Below are positions 29,669-43,890 of a stretch of 64,000 nt of DNA, piece after piece (position 1 is the first letter of the stretch; every line of letters starts with the position of its first letter). The notes under the pieces are model-generated. The model saw only the letters and a list, made by a program, of their open reading frames with translations, was not told where the DNA came from and ran no database searches. The translations under genes were made by a program, and so were the position numbers. The DNA comes from Eledone cirrhosa (taxonomy: Eukaryota), in the NCBI GenBank assembly GCA_964016885.1, contig OZ024743.1, forward strand, positions 21,452,001 to 21,516,000, in the 5' to 3' direction.

Positions 29669-30118
29669 GTAAGCACCATAATAAATATTATAACAATATG
29701 ACCCTCCCCAAATATATATATATATATATATATATCATCATCATCATCTTCGTTTAACATCCATCTTCCATGCTAGCATGGGTTAGACAAGAGTTGTTCC
29801 ACTTGAGGCAAGGTTGGTCAGGTGACCATGTCGCACTTGTATAGGACTATCTGGCAGGCTTTCTACGGCTGGATGCCCTTCCTAACAGCAACCACATTTA
29901 CAGTGTGGAACTGGGAACTTTTTACCATGTTACCTACATGGCCACATTACAGTGTGGACTGTGTGTTTTTTTGTCATGACACCTACACGATCTCGATTTC
30001 ATTTTCTCATTTGGACTGGATGTTGTGGTACCACCTTTACAGAGAGAGGGTGGTGTTGGTGGGAGTGGAAGGATAGGGTAGGGGTAGTGGATTGGAGTGT
30101 ATATATATATATATATAT

Positions 30119-30491
30119 ATGGCACATCGATTAGTGGTTAGAGCATTGGCCTTGCAATCAAAAGGTTGTGAGTTCAATTCTCAAACCGGGTGATGTGTTG
30201 TTTCCTTGAGCAAGACACTTTATTTCCCATTGCTCCAGAAATGAGATGATAGGACTGGGGTCCATATCATTCCACTGCAAAGTGGTCATGGAGGTGTCAC
30301 GGCAAAAAAGCACCCAGCCCACACTGTAAAGAGGACGTGTAGGCGCCACAGAAAAAAAGCACCCACCACTCACTGTAAATGAGGTTGGTGTTAGGAAGGG
30401 AATCCAGCTGTAGAAATCAAGCCAGAATCAGTTCCCATCCCACCCTTGCAAGCAGGGAAAAGCGGACATAAAATGATGATGTTGATGATGA

Positions 30492-30495
<4 letters not shown>
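30119..30495 (+). mobile_element. tRNA-derived SINE (family B) with RTE tail, within (TA)n
   Basis: Same head and tail as 13168, with one extra 3' UTR sub-repeat. Confidence 0.85.
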
Positions 30496-30537
<42 letters not shown>

Positions 30538-30757
30538 ATATAGTGTGTGTAGTACAGTGAAATACTGGCAGAGTGTATATAATAGAAAAAATCGAGGAAG
30601 TTTCATTATGAAAAATATTTATTGCATATCAACCTGTTACACTTGTTTTCACATATAAATATAGACATATATACATATAGATATATGTGTATATGTATAT
30701 ATGTATAGATATATATATGTATATGTATAGATATATAGATATATATATAGATATATA

Positions 30758-31207
30758 TGGACCGAGACCTTTGGCGGTACTCAGTAACAGAGAAGACCCG
30801 CCTTACCTAAATATATAGTAAAACCTACTCCAGCCAGTAGGCATCTCTAACAAAATACACCCCGTCCCACCACCCCCACCCCCACCCCATCCACACCACC
30901 CCGTTCTATGTAAAGTTATGTTGGTGCCGCGCCATCGAGGCCGAAACAAATGAGATCGTGTAGGTGTCACGACAAAAAAACACACAGTCCACGCTGTAAT
31001 GTGGCCGTGTAGGCAACACGGTAAAAACCTCCCAGACCCACACTGTAAATGTGGTTGGTGTTAGGAAGGGCATCCAACTGTAGAAAACCTGCCAGACAGT
31101 CCTATGCGAGCAAGACAATCACTCTTGCCTCAAGTGGGACTACCCCCGTCCAAACCCATGCAAGCGTGGAACACGGACGTTAAACGTTGATGATGATGAT
31201 GATGATG
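30758..31207 (+). mobile_element. RTE LINE 3' UTR fragment
   Basis: Resembles the reverse complement of 11785-12225; ends GGACGTTAAACG(TTG)(ATG)n. Confidence 0.75.
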
Positions 31208-31244
31208 TATAAATATATATGTGTGTGTATGTATATATATATAT

Positions 31245-31245
<1 letters not shown>

Positions 31246-31279
<34 letters not shown>

Positions 31280-32541
31280 TTTACGTCCGCTTTTCCCAGC
31301 TTGCAAGGGTGGGACGGGTCTTATTCAGCACAGCATCTCTCCACTCGTCACGGTCCTTCGTCATCTCCACCGTGAGCTTCAATGATCTGAGGTCTGTTCT
31401 CACCACCTCCGCCCATGTTTTTCGTGGTCTACCTCTACCACGTCTTCCTTCAGCTGGCATTTCCTGGCACTTCTTCACCCATCGGTCATCCTCCATGCAC
31501 ATCACATGTCCATACCACCTCAGTCTCCTCTCCCATACACTACATTCTATCCCTCTCAGACACAATTTCTCTCTCAACACATTTATGCTGGGTCGTTCAC
31601 GCACATTTACACTGCACATCCAACGGAGCATGCTTGCCTCATTTCTCTCCAGCCGTCGCATATCCTCTGCAGTTGCTGCCCATGTCTCACTACCATGCAG
31701 CATCGTGCTCCTCACACAGGCATCATACAACCGGCCTTTCGTACGCAGGGAGAAACCCTTCTTCGTCAACAGAGAAAGCAGCTCCCTAAACTTCTTCCAA
31801 CCCGTCCTTATTCTAGATACTATGGCCTCAGAACACCCTCCTCCCATGCTAATCTGATCTCCTAGGTACCAGAAGCTATCCAACACTTCTATAGCGCCCT
31901 CCAAAAATGTGTCTATCAATGCGACTTCTACTGTCTAATTTCCCTGTACATCTACTGCATACATATTTCTCCCTACCTGTTAGTTTGCCTGCTATCCCGC
32001 TACATCTCTTGTGTACCCAGGATCTGCATTGTGTGCATTTTATAAAATTTATGCCAGTTCCTTTTCTGCATATCGAACATGTCCATTTTCCTGACGGAAT
32101 CAGAGTTTTGTCCTCTTTTCTACTCATCAACACTTTTGTCTTAGCTAGGTTCACTCTCAGCCCTCTTGCTTCCAACTTCTGTTTCCATAGCCAGAATTTA
32201 TTCTCTAGCTCCTCTACTGATTCTGCTATAAGAACCAGATCGTCAGCATAGAGAAGTTCCCATGGACAGCCAGTCATAAACTCCTCTGTTATGGCTTGGA
32301 GGACTATAATGAACAAGAGTGGGCTGAGGACTGAACCTTGATGTACTCCTACTTGTATCTGGAATTCCTCACTAAACTCCATTCCTACCCTGACTTTACT
32401 GAGAGTACCTCTGTACAAAGTTTGCATTGTCCTCACAAGCCATTCCTCAACACCTAGCTTCCTTAGGGACCACCAGATGACAGATCGGGGTACCCTATCA
32501 AAGGCCTTCTCTAGGTCAACAAAGGCTAAGTATAGTGGCTT
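31246..32541 (-). mobile_element. 5'-truncated RTE LINE (second family, short 3' UTR)
   Basis: KPLYLAFVDLEKAFDRVP, GVHQGSVLSP, LLYADD, C4HC3 finger, [16 protein letters not shown]; one frameshift; (GAT)n tail. Confidence 0.92.
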
Positions 32542-32564
32542 ATATATATATATTTGTACATACA

Positions 32565-33397
32565 CAGGGTGCGGACGATATTTGTTTGCAAGATTACTGT
32601 CTATGAAAAAGTAACACAGTAGTTTTATTTTTTAAGATATATTTATCAAACTTGGGTCAGTTTGTCTTCATGACTTGTTCTTTCGATCTCACTCGATAAA
32701 CCCGCCATTGGCTTTGATGACGGCCTCTAAAGGCATATGTGATCCTGGCCTTCAGATCGTCTTTCGTATTGCATATAGATCTGTTGGTGTCTCATTCCAC
32801 TGCGCCCTACACACAGAAGTCGATGGGGTTGCAGTCAGGCGAGCTGGGAGGCCAGATGTCAGGTGAAGTGTGGTCAAAGAAGTTCTCTAACAGCCAGGCT
32901 TGGGTCTTTCGACTGGTACGGCAGGAGGCTGAGTCTTGCTGCCACACGTACAGCCTACCTGCAGCTACCTCGTTGATCCAAGGCTTTACTACCTCACTCA
33001 GAATGTGGATGTAGCCATTGGTGTTCAGCTTGAGACCCTCAGGGAAGAAGTGAGGTGGCATGACGTCACCTTCACTGCTGACGACACCTAAGACCAATGT
33101 TGTCGCTGCAAACTTTGTCTGCATGACTCTGGGCACGTTTTTGGATGAGACAGCGATCCACCTGTTGTTCTGGGAGTTGATCTTCTGGTCTTATTTGTTC
33201 TCCCAGCGCGGATTCCAAGGAGAACTCCATGTCTCTTCCACAAATTTGGAGGTTCAAAATTATTCATGATCAATTATTCTGAAAATAAATAATGGAAATA
33301 TAGACACTGTTTTTATGAAGACAAGAGTGACAACGGAAGTAAAAAAAATTGGCATAAAATTAGCAGTTGAAAATTGGGAACAAATATCGTCCGCACC

Positions 33398-33400
<3 letters not shown>
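32565..33400 (-). mobile_element. Internally deleted Tc1/mariner (maT/DD37D-like) DNA transposon
   Basis: TIRs CAGGGTGCGGACGATATTTGTT / AACAAATATCGTCCGCACCATG followed by TA; transposase remnant WQQDSA..WPPSSPDCNPIDF. Confidence 0.88.
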
Positions 33401-33441
<41 letters not shown>

Positions 33442-33521
33442 TATAAATTACACAATAATCAAAGCTATGTTCAAATCATTCAAATGATTTGAACATAGCT
33501 TTGATTATTGTGTAATTTATA
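33442..33521. repeat. Perfect palindrome, 39-bp arms
   Basis: TATAAATTACACAATAATCAAAGCTATGTTCAAATCATT ca AATGATTTGAACATAGCTTTGATTATTGTGTAATTTATA. Confidence 0.95.
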
Positions 33522-34143
33522 TTCCTGCTCTGTAAAACATCTAATGTATTTACATTGAGCTATTTTTCTTACTTGTAATAAGGTAGTAATAAATTACTGA
33601 CCTTTCCTGTTTATAGTTGTATATAGTGTATACATAACTCTAAATAGTATTATTATTATTATATTTATATATATATATATATATATATATTCAGCCACTG
33701 GTTGCAGTCCTCCATGTGTAACCTGTCAACATCCAAAGCTAGTCACTCATTACTACTACATTACCACTCTCACAGCACTGATTTCTCACGTATATATACA
33801 CACACCTGATCAAAAGGATGGTGGTGACAGCTGGATTACTGAACCAATGAAAAGGCCGGAATAACAGGATACTATTATGTGATGCGGTTGGAACAGATAG
33901 GATATTTTTGAACACACAAGACATATCTGAAGAACCTTTGAATGCAGAGTCGGCTTTGATCTGTAACAGATCCTGCCTCGAGCTGATCGACGGAGAAACA
34001 TATGTAATATGTTAATAAATTGTCATTTGATGCATTACTCATTCCTCATTATCTATAATAATTGTTTCTATGTTTGGCACAAGGCCAGCAATTACCCAGT
34101 GCATTACTGGTACTTTACTTTATTTTAAAATGAGTTTTACAGT

Positions 34144-34182
<39 letters not shown>

Positions 34183-34250
34183 TGTATATATATATAAATG
34201 TGTATATATATATAAATGTGTATATACTTTCGGACGTTCAACAATCTGGC

Positions 34251-34301
34251 AGGAAGGTTGCTGACGATAGCTAACAAGCTTGAAACTAGTACAGCGTTCC
34301 T
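34251..34301 (+). ncRNA. Minimal type-I hammerhead-like motif
   Basis: AGGAAGGTTG-CTGACGA-T-AGCT(AACA)AGCT-T-GAAAC-TA-GTA-CAGCGTTCCT; core intact, U.U at base of stem II. Confidence 0.6.
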
Positions 34302-34723
34302 TTGTCAGTGTTGAACAAACGAGCAACGGTGGTTGCTAGACACTACGGCTTTATACGGGATGTTTGTTTACAAACACACCGAGCATTATAATAAATGTTT
34401 GGTAAATCCATATGTACATATATATATATGTGTGCATGTATGTATATATATATATACATACTACTGTACGTCTGTATACATATATGTATGTATACATACT
34501 TATATATATACATATATATATATATGTACATATGTATATATATATATGTACATATGTATATATATATATAGTTAGGAAAGCAGAAAATTGTTTATTGTAA
34601 TCCAGTTCATGGTTAAGATACCCAGTTTCTTGGACAGTTTCCAACATACGGTTAGGAGTAACTCCACAAGTTTGTAAGAATGGGGTTAGTAAATCACGTT
34701 CAATCTTGGAGTATAAAGAATAA

Positions 34724-35532
34724 GAGAGAAAACACAGGTAAGCATTAAAAAAAGGATTTTATCCAGGTATTTACGACCGTTTGGTAAGCGCAACTTTATA
34801 TTGCTATACTGCAAATAGCAGCCACTCGATAATAACTGTTATTCACCTCCACATTTTCAAAATAATGAATAAGTTACTTGTAAAAGGTTCTTAAACTTCC
34901 TACTCCCACCTGACAAACTGCATATACTTAGACTTTCTACCCTCTTATTGAATCTAACCCCTTTAATTACCCACAGTAACCAATACTTATGTCCCTCTCT
35001 CCTCCTTCATTCCTTTTCTCTTTTTTCGTTTTCTTCTTTTCTTCTCTCCCTTTTTTTGTTCTCTTTTCTTTTCTTATTTTTCCTCTTCCCCCTTTTTATA
35101 TATATATTTATCTCTCTATCTCTTCCCCCTCTCTCGCTCTCCCTCTCTCTCTGTCTCTCCCTGCCACTATAAACAATTTAATTCTCTTTAACTCCCTACA
35201 CTGTAAATTGACATGAAGTCTATGAATCAAAACTGATCAAGGAATCCTTCCATCTTTACCCCTCCCTCCATCACCATTTGTCCCTCTATTTCCTAATTAT
35301 TCTTCCCCTTCCTCTCTCTCTATACTAGTAAATACAATTCCAAAAAAATGTTTTTTTTATATATTAAGAACCTTTTACAAGTAACTTATTCATTATTTTG
35401 AAAATGTGGAGGTGAATAACAGTTATTATCGAGTGGCTGCTATTTGCAGTATAGCGTTGTAAGGTTGCGCTTACCAATGAAACGGTTGTAAATACCTGGA
35501 TAAAATCCTTTTTTTAATGCTTACCTGTGTTT

Positions 35533-35538
<6 letters not shown>
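34724..35538. repeat. Inverted repeat, ~170-bp arms (34724-34894 / 35364-35538)
   Basis: GAGAGAAAACACAGGTAAGC...AAAAGGTTCTTAA mirrored downstream; block flanked by TA-rich microsatellites. Confidence 0.9.
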
Positions 35539-35580
<42 letters not shown>

Positions 35581-36432
35581 ACATATATATATATACATAT
35601 GTACATATATGTATATGTATATATATATATATACATACATATGTACGTTGAAACTATCCATAGTACAGAGTACTCACAACCTCTAACTGGATTACCTAAA
35701 ACGATAACTTGTTATCCCATATATATACATACATATATATATATATGATGATGGCTGCCCCCTCGTTATCGAGTATGGCCATTGCACAATATACTATTAT
35801 TAATAATTATTAATTAATTCTATCGTGCAATGACTGTGCGTGAAGGTATTTTTTAAAGTGAGGAAAGACTGCACTGAGGCAATCCCACTCTCTGAGCGAC
35901 AGTAGCTATAACCCGAAAAGAAGAAAAGATCAACATCATCAGTAACTACTGAGCCGCAGGTTTTATATCAGAGTTATCCCAGTTTCCTGAGATGCCTTCT
36001 CCTAGAAGAATGCCCTGACAAAGGCTAGGGGTCCTTCACTCCCAGTGGTTTAACCGCGCGATCAGGTATCCAGCTCCACTATTTCTATGTCCCCCGTGCA
36101 TATACATACACAAGCACCCATGAATATATACATATACATACATATGTACATGTGTATATACTTATTTACACACTTTTAGATGGCCGTTGACTCTTATGAG
36201 TTCTTCCGTCCTTTGTCAGGTTTTGTTTTTTGTCCTGCAGGGTGTCCAAAATATATATAGGTTATAGATTCCATACACTGGTGGTTTTTCCCTGTTTTAT
36301 TGATGGTGCACTGTCTCTCTCTCTAGTGTGTTACCTTTTCAACATATTGTATTCTGAAGTGCCCAGGATTTCCTCTCCTTTGAGCACATTATTTACAGGG
36401 AATGGCGAGAGTCTATGGCTCCGTTAATGTAT

Positions 36433-36479
<47 letters not shown>

Positions 36480-37301
36480 CATACATATATATATATAATA
36501 CATATATATCTCCATCACCCTCTGTCACCTACACTCTATCTGGCCACCCACTAGTTCATCTTTAGAACTCTGCCACCACCATCTCCCCGTACACACACAC
36601 GCGCGCACCTACATACTGCAACTATTCACAATTCCTTTCTGTATTCCAACCTGGAACCTACCTTGATTCTACCCATCTCATTCCCTACTATACTCAAAAA
36701 CCCACCCAACTACTTACGCACATGCATACACCTATACACGCAACCATACATTTAACTCTGGCAAACACACATAAGTAGAAATACACACCTCCACCAACAA
36801 CACACTTAACACCCACATACTTGCAAATGCATCATAATGTGCACTCCACCTACACACAAACATCCACAGCACATCTGCCGTACTCACCCTGACCCCCATA
36901 CCAGCATGCTGGACCACTTTCCCACCCACCTCTTTTTTATATTGTTATTTTAACCTTTTATTTATTTTTTTCTTGATTTTTTAAACTTTTTTATCTGCAA
37001 TTTTCCTTTTGTGCTTTTGCTGATGAAGGGCAAATGCCCTATATGTTAACTATGTAACTCATTTTTCTTCCTCCAAGCATGGAACACCTCATGTTATTGC
37101 ATCCTCTTCTTTGCTTTTTTCTTGTTTTATATATATGTCTATATATAGAATTTAGCTTCGAACATAGCTGTATACAAATAAGTATTTAAATTTCATAGTT
37201 CTAAAGAAATGTGGTATGTTTATAAATAAACATTTAGAAAGTGTTATGAATAACACTGGCAGCTAACGCTATGAAGCGGTGCTCGGCAGAGGCAAGGGGA
37301 T

Positions 37302-37347
37302 AATCGTCGATGCATTTTGAACTCAACTGGTTCTCATCAGGATGATT
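37302..37347 (-). ncRNA. Decayed minimal hammerhead motif (probably inactive)
   Basis: Minus strand AATCATC-CTGATGA-GAAC(CAGTTGA)GTTC-AAAA-TGCA-TC-GACGATT; conserved GAAA changed to AAAA. Confidence 0.45.
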
Positions 37348-38215
37348 CCTCCCACTCTTGCCACTGCCGAACTTTGAAAAATGGACGAAAATATATAGTT
37401 TTTTCATCTGTGTAAATGAGGTGATTGGGCGTGGTCCATAAAACTGCCTATAAATGTCAAAATATAACAGAAAATATAATAAAAAATGAGGGACCGTCTT
37501 ATGCGAAAGGGCATCCAATAGGCCAGCAAATATGGTATATTAATAATAAATTAACATTAAAAATATATATTGCCACAAAAAAGTCATAAAAAATATTGTG
37601 GAACATATTTACGATTCCACGAATATGCGGTGGTTTCTACAAACAATTATTAGTAAGGAAAATTCTGTGAATAACCAGGACCGCGAATTCTGGGAGTACA
37701 CTGTATATCTATTATTATCAAATCCCGCCAAGGTTAACTTTGCCTTTCATCCCTACGGGGTCGATAAAATAAAGTACCAGTAGTGTACTGGGTAATTGTT
37801 GGCCTTGTGCCAAAAGTAGAAACACTTATTACTATTATATATATATATATATATATATTATAATAGAATATAAAAGAAAAAGAAAAAGCTTGAATTGGTA
37901 ATTCTATTCACAATTAACATTGCGAAACAGCATAGCCAAACGCTGTCTGGGTGATTGGTAGTTACCACAATTCCGGTTTGTATTTATTTTCTTGATTTTT
38001 TTTTAAATTGAGACAAGCAAACCCAATTGTCTATAGTTAGTATACTTTTCACCTTAGCGAATCTGGTCTCTTACGATTTGAACACATATATGTATATATA
38101 TCTGTGTTCGTTTTTCTTTTATATTCTATTATAATATACGGCTCGGAGATATCTCTTTCTTGGAGCTATTTTGTTGTAAGAGACTATTTTGAGTTCCTAA
38201 CTCAATATATACCTT

Positions 38216-38249
<34 letters not shown>

Positions 38250-38579
38250 TAACTGCAACACAAACCATGCAGAGGCATAGAAATTACTTCTCAGAAATTC
38301 TCCAAGCCATTGGATCTGTTGATAATGGATGTTACATTTGAAATATATTGGGTCTAATAGATATTTCCAAGATAACATTATCTCTGATTCTTGTTCTTTC
38401 TTCTACTTTGCCACTCAAACTCACCTCTCTTTTTTCTTCTCCTGATTTCGTTGCCTTTATATTTACAAACTCACCTGCATTGTAGCCGCTTCCAAGATAT
38501 AACCAATTTTCATATTCTGTAATACTTCAAGCAAGGTACAACACTCTCTCATATATATATCATTATAATTCTTTGGCAG

Positions 38580-38675
38580 GTACAAACAGTCTAAAGCTCA
38601 ATACAAAAATGTAAAGGATCTTATCATCAAACTGAAATCTTCATATTTGAATGAGGAAGCTCTAGATCAGAAGAG
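38580..38675 (+). CDS. TBK1: TBK1/IKK-epsilon-like kinase exon (scaffold region)
   Basis: ctttggcag|G...AG|gtatgt; YKQSKAQYKNVKDLIIKLKSSYLNEEALDQK recalls TBK1 LAYNEEQIHKFDK. Confidence 0.7.
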
Positions 38676-38900
38676 GTATGTTTTATTGGATTGACAGAAT
38701 CAGTGAAGTATTGGATAAAAAGTATTGAAGTATTTAGTTATGACTTTCTGCATTCTGAGTTCAAATCATACCAAGGTCAAATTTATCTTTCATCCTTCCG
38801 AATGTCGTTAAAATAAAGTAGAAGTTAGGTACAAGGTTCAATACAAACGACTTCCCCTCCCCATAAATTGCTGGACTTGTGCTACATCAGAAATCATTAT

Positions 38901-39453
38901 TTAACTCTTTAGCATTTAAACTGGCCATATCCGACCAGAATTCTCTCACCTCTTTCTGTTCAAACCAGTCATAACTGGCTCCTCATACCAATGTTAAGGT
39001 ATTGTTCTCAAAATAAATAATATAAAAATCTCATAGATTTGATATTATGTGAGGTAAAGCCTTTACCGTGAAAATACAATAGTAAATATGGTAAGGTATG
39101 GACCCGTAACTCCTGAGGTGTCGTAGGGATACTATATTGACATAGTGTTTTTAGGGCATTTTTGTTTTTAAACCTGGTGGAGCCCGTCTCCTCTCCAGGC
39201 CTGAATGCAGTAGATTTTTTTCCAGGGAAGGATAGAAGTGAGAAAGAGATTTAAAGGAAGAAACAACCCCAGTACTTGACTGGTACTTTTTTTTTTATCG
39301 ACCATGATTGGATTAAAGGCAAAGTTGACCTCAGTTGGATTTGAACTCGGAGAGCACAGAGCCAGAATGAATACCACAAAGCATTCCATCTGACGTTCTA
39401 ATGACTGCCACTAAAATAGTAAATATAGAGTAATGTAAAAGCTAAAGGGTTAA
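38901..39453. mobile_element. piggyBac-like MITE (family 1) with nested insertions including a SINE
   Basis: TTAA-CTCTTTAGCATTT...GCTAAAGGG-TTAA; longer than sister copies because of extra sequence at about 39090-39410. Confidence 0.7.
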
Positions 39454-41159
39454 GTTTATTTCATATCTTCTCATCTCATTCCAACTGTGATTTGATCAAT
39501 CTTAGCAATTATGTGGACTATTGTTAAGATGGATGTGATTATTGTGACATCATTGATTATTAAAATAAATAATTATCTCATAACCCTTGGCTGATCATCA
39601 ACATTGTCGGTTTTACATAGTAAGTCAAGTACAACTCTGCTTGGAGCTGGTGAACACAAAATAGAGAATAAGCTTTACATAATGTTTTATTCTATAATAA
39701 ACACAAAATATATATTCTCTAGTTGCCAGGTGTAACACATCCAATTGGCAAGATAAAGTTATTTTTAATATATCTTCAATTTTGGCATTAACCCTTTTGA
39801 TACCAAACCCACCCATTTTACTGTTTATTTTAAAGTGTTTGTATTTATCTAAATATCTTTCATCATAATTTTATGTAAGAACTTTTGTTACATTGTGTTC
39901 CAAACCCCAGCTTAATAAGAAAGTTGTATTATTAAACCTCTGCTAATTATTGATCGTTTTTCAAATTATTTGAAAATCATAGACAATATCTTTCATTAAA
40001 AATATAGTAAGGAATGGATTAAGAAATATTAATACCTAATTTAGACACAAAACCAGCAAATTTGGGAGAAGAGCAAAGCTGATTAAATCAATCAAATTAC
40101 TTGACTGATACTTTATTCTATTGACCATGGAAGAATGAAAGACAAAGTTGACCTTGGCAAGATTTGAAGTCAGAATGTAAAAAGCCATAAAATATTGCAA
40201 TGGCTTTTATCCAATACTGTACCAATTCTGCCAACCAATACACTGAAATGAACAGTAGTGAACTTAATATTCTGCAAGCAGATTTGTGTCAGTATATATA
40301 TACACTTGTTCATACACATTCTCACACATGTACATAAACATATACACACACATACAAGCGAGCGAGTGTGCATACATACAGGTATGGCTGGTGCTTTCAT
40401 GAAGCCGATTAGGCAGTTGCTTAGGATGCATTACTGAACTTTAATGGAACAGTTTTTTTTACCAAGTTGTACAATTGGGCTTATTTTCATAGTTAAAAAT
40501 GTGCACTGTAGCCATTAACTTTACTCTAAATTTGTCTTAATTTACAAAGGTAGGTAACTCACACAGTTACAAACACGAAATACATCTGAATATTGTAGAC
40601 ATTTGGTTCAGAACTACACTTTCTGACAACATGCTGGTTTCAGGCCCTTTATGTTCTGAATCCAAATCCCATAGCTTTGCCTTTCATACTTATGGGGTCG
40701 ATAAAATAAAGTACCAGTAATGCACTGGGATCGATTTAATCGATTTTCCCTTCCCACCAAAATTGCTGGCCTTGTGTCTAAAGTAGAAACAATTAATTAT
40801 CAATTGATAGAAATCGTAGAGGATTGGCTGAATCAGTGGTACACTTAACTAAATATCATGCCCTCTTTTGTATGCCCCAATTTCAAATCTGACCAAGGTC
40901 GACTCCTTGGGATTCAATAAAAATAGGTTCCAATGAAGTATTAGGGTTGATATGATTGCCTGTGCCCTCTTTGGGGTTGGCTATATTGGTTAGAATCACT
41001 TTGCCTTTCATCCTTACGGGGTCGATAAAATAAAGTACCAGTAATACACTGGGTAATTGCTGGCCTTGTGCCAAAAAAGTAGAAACAATTATTAGCTAAT
41101 AAATCCTTATCAAATTTGCTTACCAATTAATTAGTCTGAAGTGAATTTTAATTTTTCAG

Positions 41160-41258
41160 AGAAACTTTGGAAAATATACATCATAGTGCTATTCATCGTT
41201 TCAAAGTGAATGATGAAAAAAAATTGAAGATAATGAAAAATTTCCAAGATTGGAAAAG
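41160..41258 (+). CDS. TBK1: TBK1/IKK-epsilon-like kinase exon (scaffold region end)
   Basis: tttttcag|A...AG|gttggt; ETLENIHHSAIHRFKVNDEKKLKIMKNFQDWK resembles TBK1 [34 protein letters not shown]. Confidence 0.75.
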
Positions 41259-41886
41259 GTTGGTACATTTTTAATACTATCATCATCACTATTTAATATC
41301 TTTCTTCCATCCTTGTATGGGTTAAATGAGTTATGTTATGAGGTTAGCTTATACGATCTGATTTTGGCTTGGTTTCATTATCACTAAATGTCTTTCTTAA
41401 CACCAACCTTATTAAAGCTTGCACTGAAAGCTTTTTTCATGACATCAGCACTGCAACCTTACAGGGTGGACTGGGAGTTACTTTTCCACACATGCATGGG
41501 TTAGACAGGTTGTCACGTTATGAGACATGTCAGGTCAGGTGACATGTCATGTCTTGCTCATACAGATTTGTATAGTGGCTTGATGTCCTTCCTAACACCA
41601 ACTACAATACAGCATGGACTGGGTGCTTTTTATCGTGGTACCAAAACGACCACTTAATAATGTTGACTGGGTGCTTTTTCATTGTATCACCAGCATGAAC
41701 ACCTTACAATGTGGAGTGGTTGCTTTTTTGTTGTGGCAAAGCAAATGTGGAGCATGTCCAGTTTTCTATGCTTGTATGAATAGGTCTCCAACTGATCCGG
41801 CTGGATCTCCAAGCATGACCAACCAAGCTCATGGATGTTGTCCAATCATCTTGTTTTATTACAATAAATATTCTTATTCGTTGTAG

Positions 41887-41980
41887 AAAAACATTCGATA
41901 ATCTTCAAAATATTCGTGAATTTAAGAAAAAAATATTTTCACATATCAAGGTATTTATGAAATTTATTTGTCTAACTTAG
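41887..41980 (+). CDS. TBK1: TBK1/IKK-epsilon-like kinase, probable last coding exon (alternative donor possible after 41950)
   Basis: ttgtag|A; KTFDNLQNIREFKKKIFSHIKVFMKFICLT*; AATAAA motifs follow; the nine exons join in one uninterrupted frame. Confidence 0.6.
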
Positions 41981-43054
41981 TAATGTTATAATTTCATATG
42001 GGAGATTAATAAATGTGAAAATTTAGAATGTTAATTTAATTTTTATCAAGCTATGACCTATAACTAAAGGTGTTCCTACTGCATTGTTGTGTCTTCACTC
42101 TTCTCAAGTAAATCTTATCTCTATTGTCTAACAATTTATTTTCACACCTTTCTGTTTATGTGTTAACTTTTATAAATAGTTAATATTTACATACAACTGT
42201 CAAATGTTAATTGACAGGCAAATATGAACTCTATGCTACAAGGAAAGAAGAGTTAGGAATAGATATCCTTATTTGATTAATAGTGAATTTTGTAATATCA
42301 GTGTAATGTATATATATCTTCAGTAACTTACTGAGCTTTTGTCTTAAGTAGTAACATTCAGTCAGTAACATTCTTAGATCAGTTTTCTATTTGTAACTGA
42401 ATAAATGATAAAAAAAAATTAAATTAAAGACAAGGATCAATATTAACTTTTATTCTATAAAAGAATTTGCATTTTTACTGATAAGATCAGTAACCTAAAT
42501 ATATTAAAATATTTATTTCTAATTTAGGCACAAGGCCATCAAACCCTGTACTTGATTGGTACTTTATTTTATCAACCCTGGAAGGATAAGACAAAGTTAA
42601 CTTTGGCAGGATCTGAACTCAGAATATCAAGAGCCAGAACAAATACCCTAATGGCATTTGTCTGACGCTCTACTCATTTTTCCAATCCACTACTCATATA
42701 TCTGGATAATCCACTCTGGAGAGAAAGCAATTGTGTTAAGTATTTAGTGCTGCATTAACAGTAAGATACAGTAAGCAAATAAGCATATTTAAAGGAACAG
42801 ATACAATTTTATTAACAATAGAAAAGACAGAGACAACACCAGTCTGCAGCAAGAACTGTTTAAGTAGAATATCTCAACTATATTTTAACATAAGTAGTTG
42901 ATGCAAAACTCAGAGTCACTGAAAGAACAACATCAGCTCATCAACTTTACCCACTTAAATACTACATTTGTTACAAGTCAAATCAAAATACGATAACTGA
43001 TATTCACACTATCAAATATTTATTTGAGGAGGCTATTTTAACTATAAAGGTTAA

Positions 43055-43890
43055 ACAAAGTTATCTTGAATTTCGAGTTTGAAGCACGAGTGTATTAGAA
43101 TTTGTAGAATAATGGGAAAAACTTAATGCAAGAAGCTGTTAAAACAGAAAAAAGAAAAATAGTGTCATCGGGTAAAATTTACCTCAAAGGAGAGAAATCA
43201 GCAGCTAGAAGTGTGTTGGCCCACAGACGTGATAGGAAGAAATGAAAGAAAAAAATCACGCAAACAGACTGCTTGTGGTTTTGACGATTTAACTAAAAGA
43301 TCATGTAAAATAGACAGCTCGTGCAACGGAGAAATAAATAACTCTATTGGTATGATATACGAACAGATTAGATAGACAGATCAGAGAGAGAAAAATAAAA
43401 TGCGTCTACTTGGCATCAGGTCGTCGTAAGAAAAGGCAACAAGAAAGACTTTTACTGCAGAGGTGGTAGTAAGCAGAAGTGACGAATAAGAGCGGTGGGG
43501 TAGGAAAAGGGAGAAAGAAAGAAATGAAGCAGTAAGAGGAAGGGAAGAGTGAGGGAGAAAGAATGAAAGAAGGGGTAGAAAGGAAGTGGGAAGAAATAGC
43601 CAACAAACCTCAGGCATATTATTCGTCCGAAATAGAAAGCGACAATAGCTGTGATAAAATACAAACAAAGTTATCTCAAATATTGAGTTTGAAGCTTGAG
43701 TGCATTAGAATTCATAGGATAATGGGAAAAGCTCAATGCAAGGAAGCTGTTAAAACAGCAAAATGCTGTCAATGACAACATCGCGTAAAATTTACCTCAA
43801 ACGACAGAAATCAGTGACTAGAAGTGTGTTGGCCCACAGAAGTGATAGGAAGAAAGGAGAAAAGGAAGAAAACGGTGGTTTTGACAAATT
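43055..43890. repeat. Diverged ~230-bp direct repeats (43055-43290 / 43664-43890) around a purine-rich spacer; unclassified element
   Basis: ACAAAGTTATCT...AAGCTGTTAAAACAG...AAATTTACCTCAAA...CTAGAAGTGTGTTGGCCCACAGA...GTGGTTTTGAC occurs twice. Confidence 0.75.
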
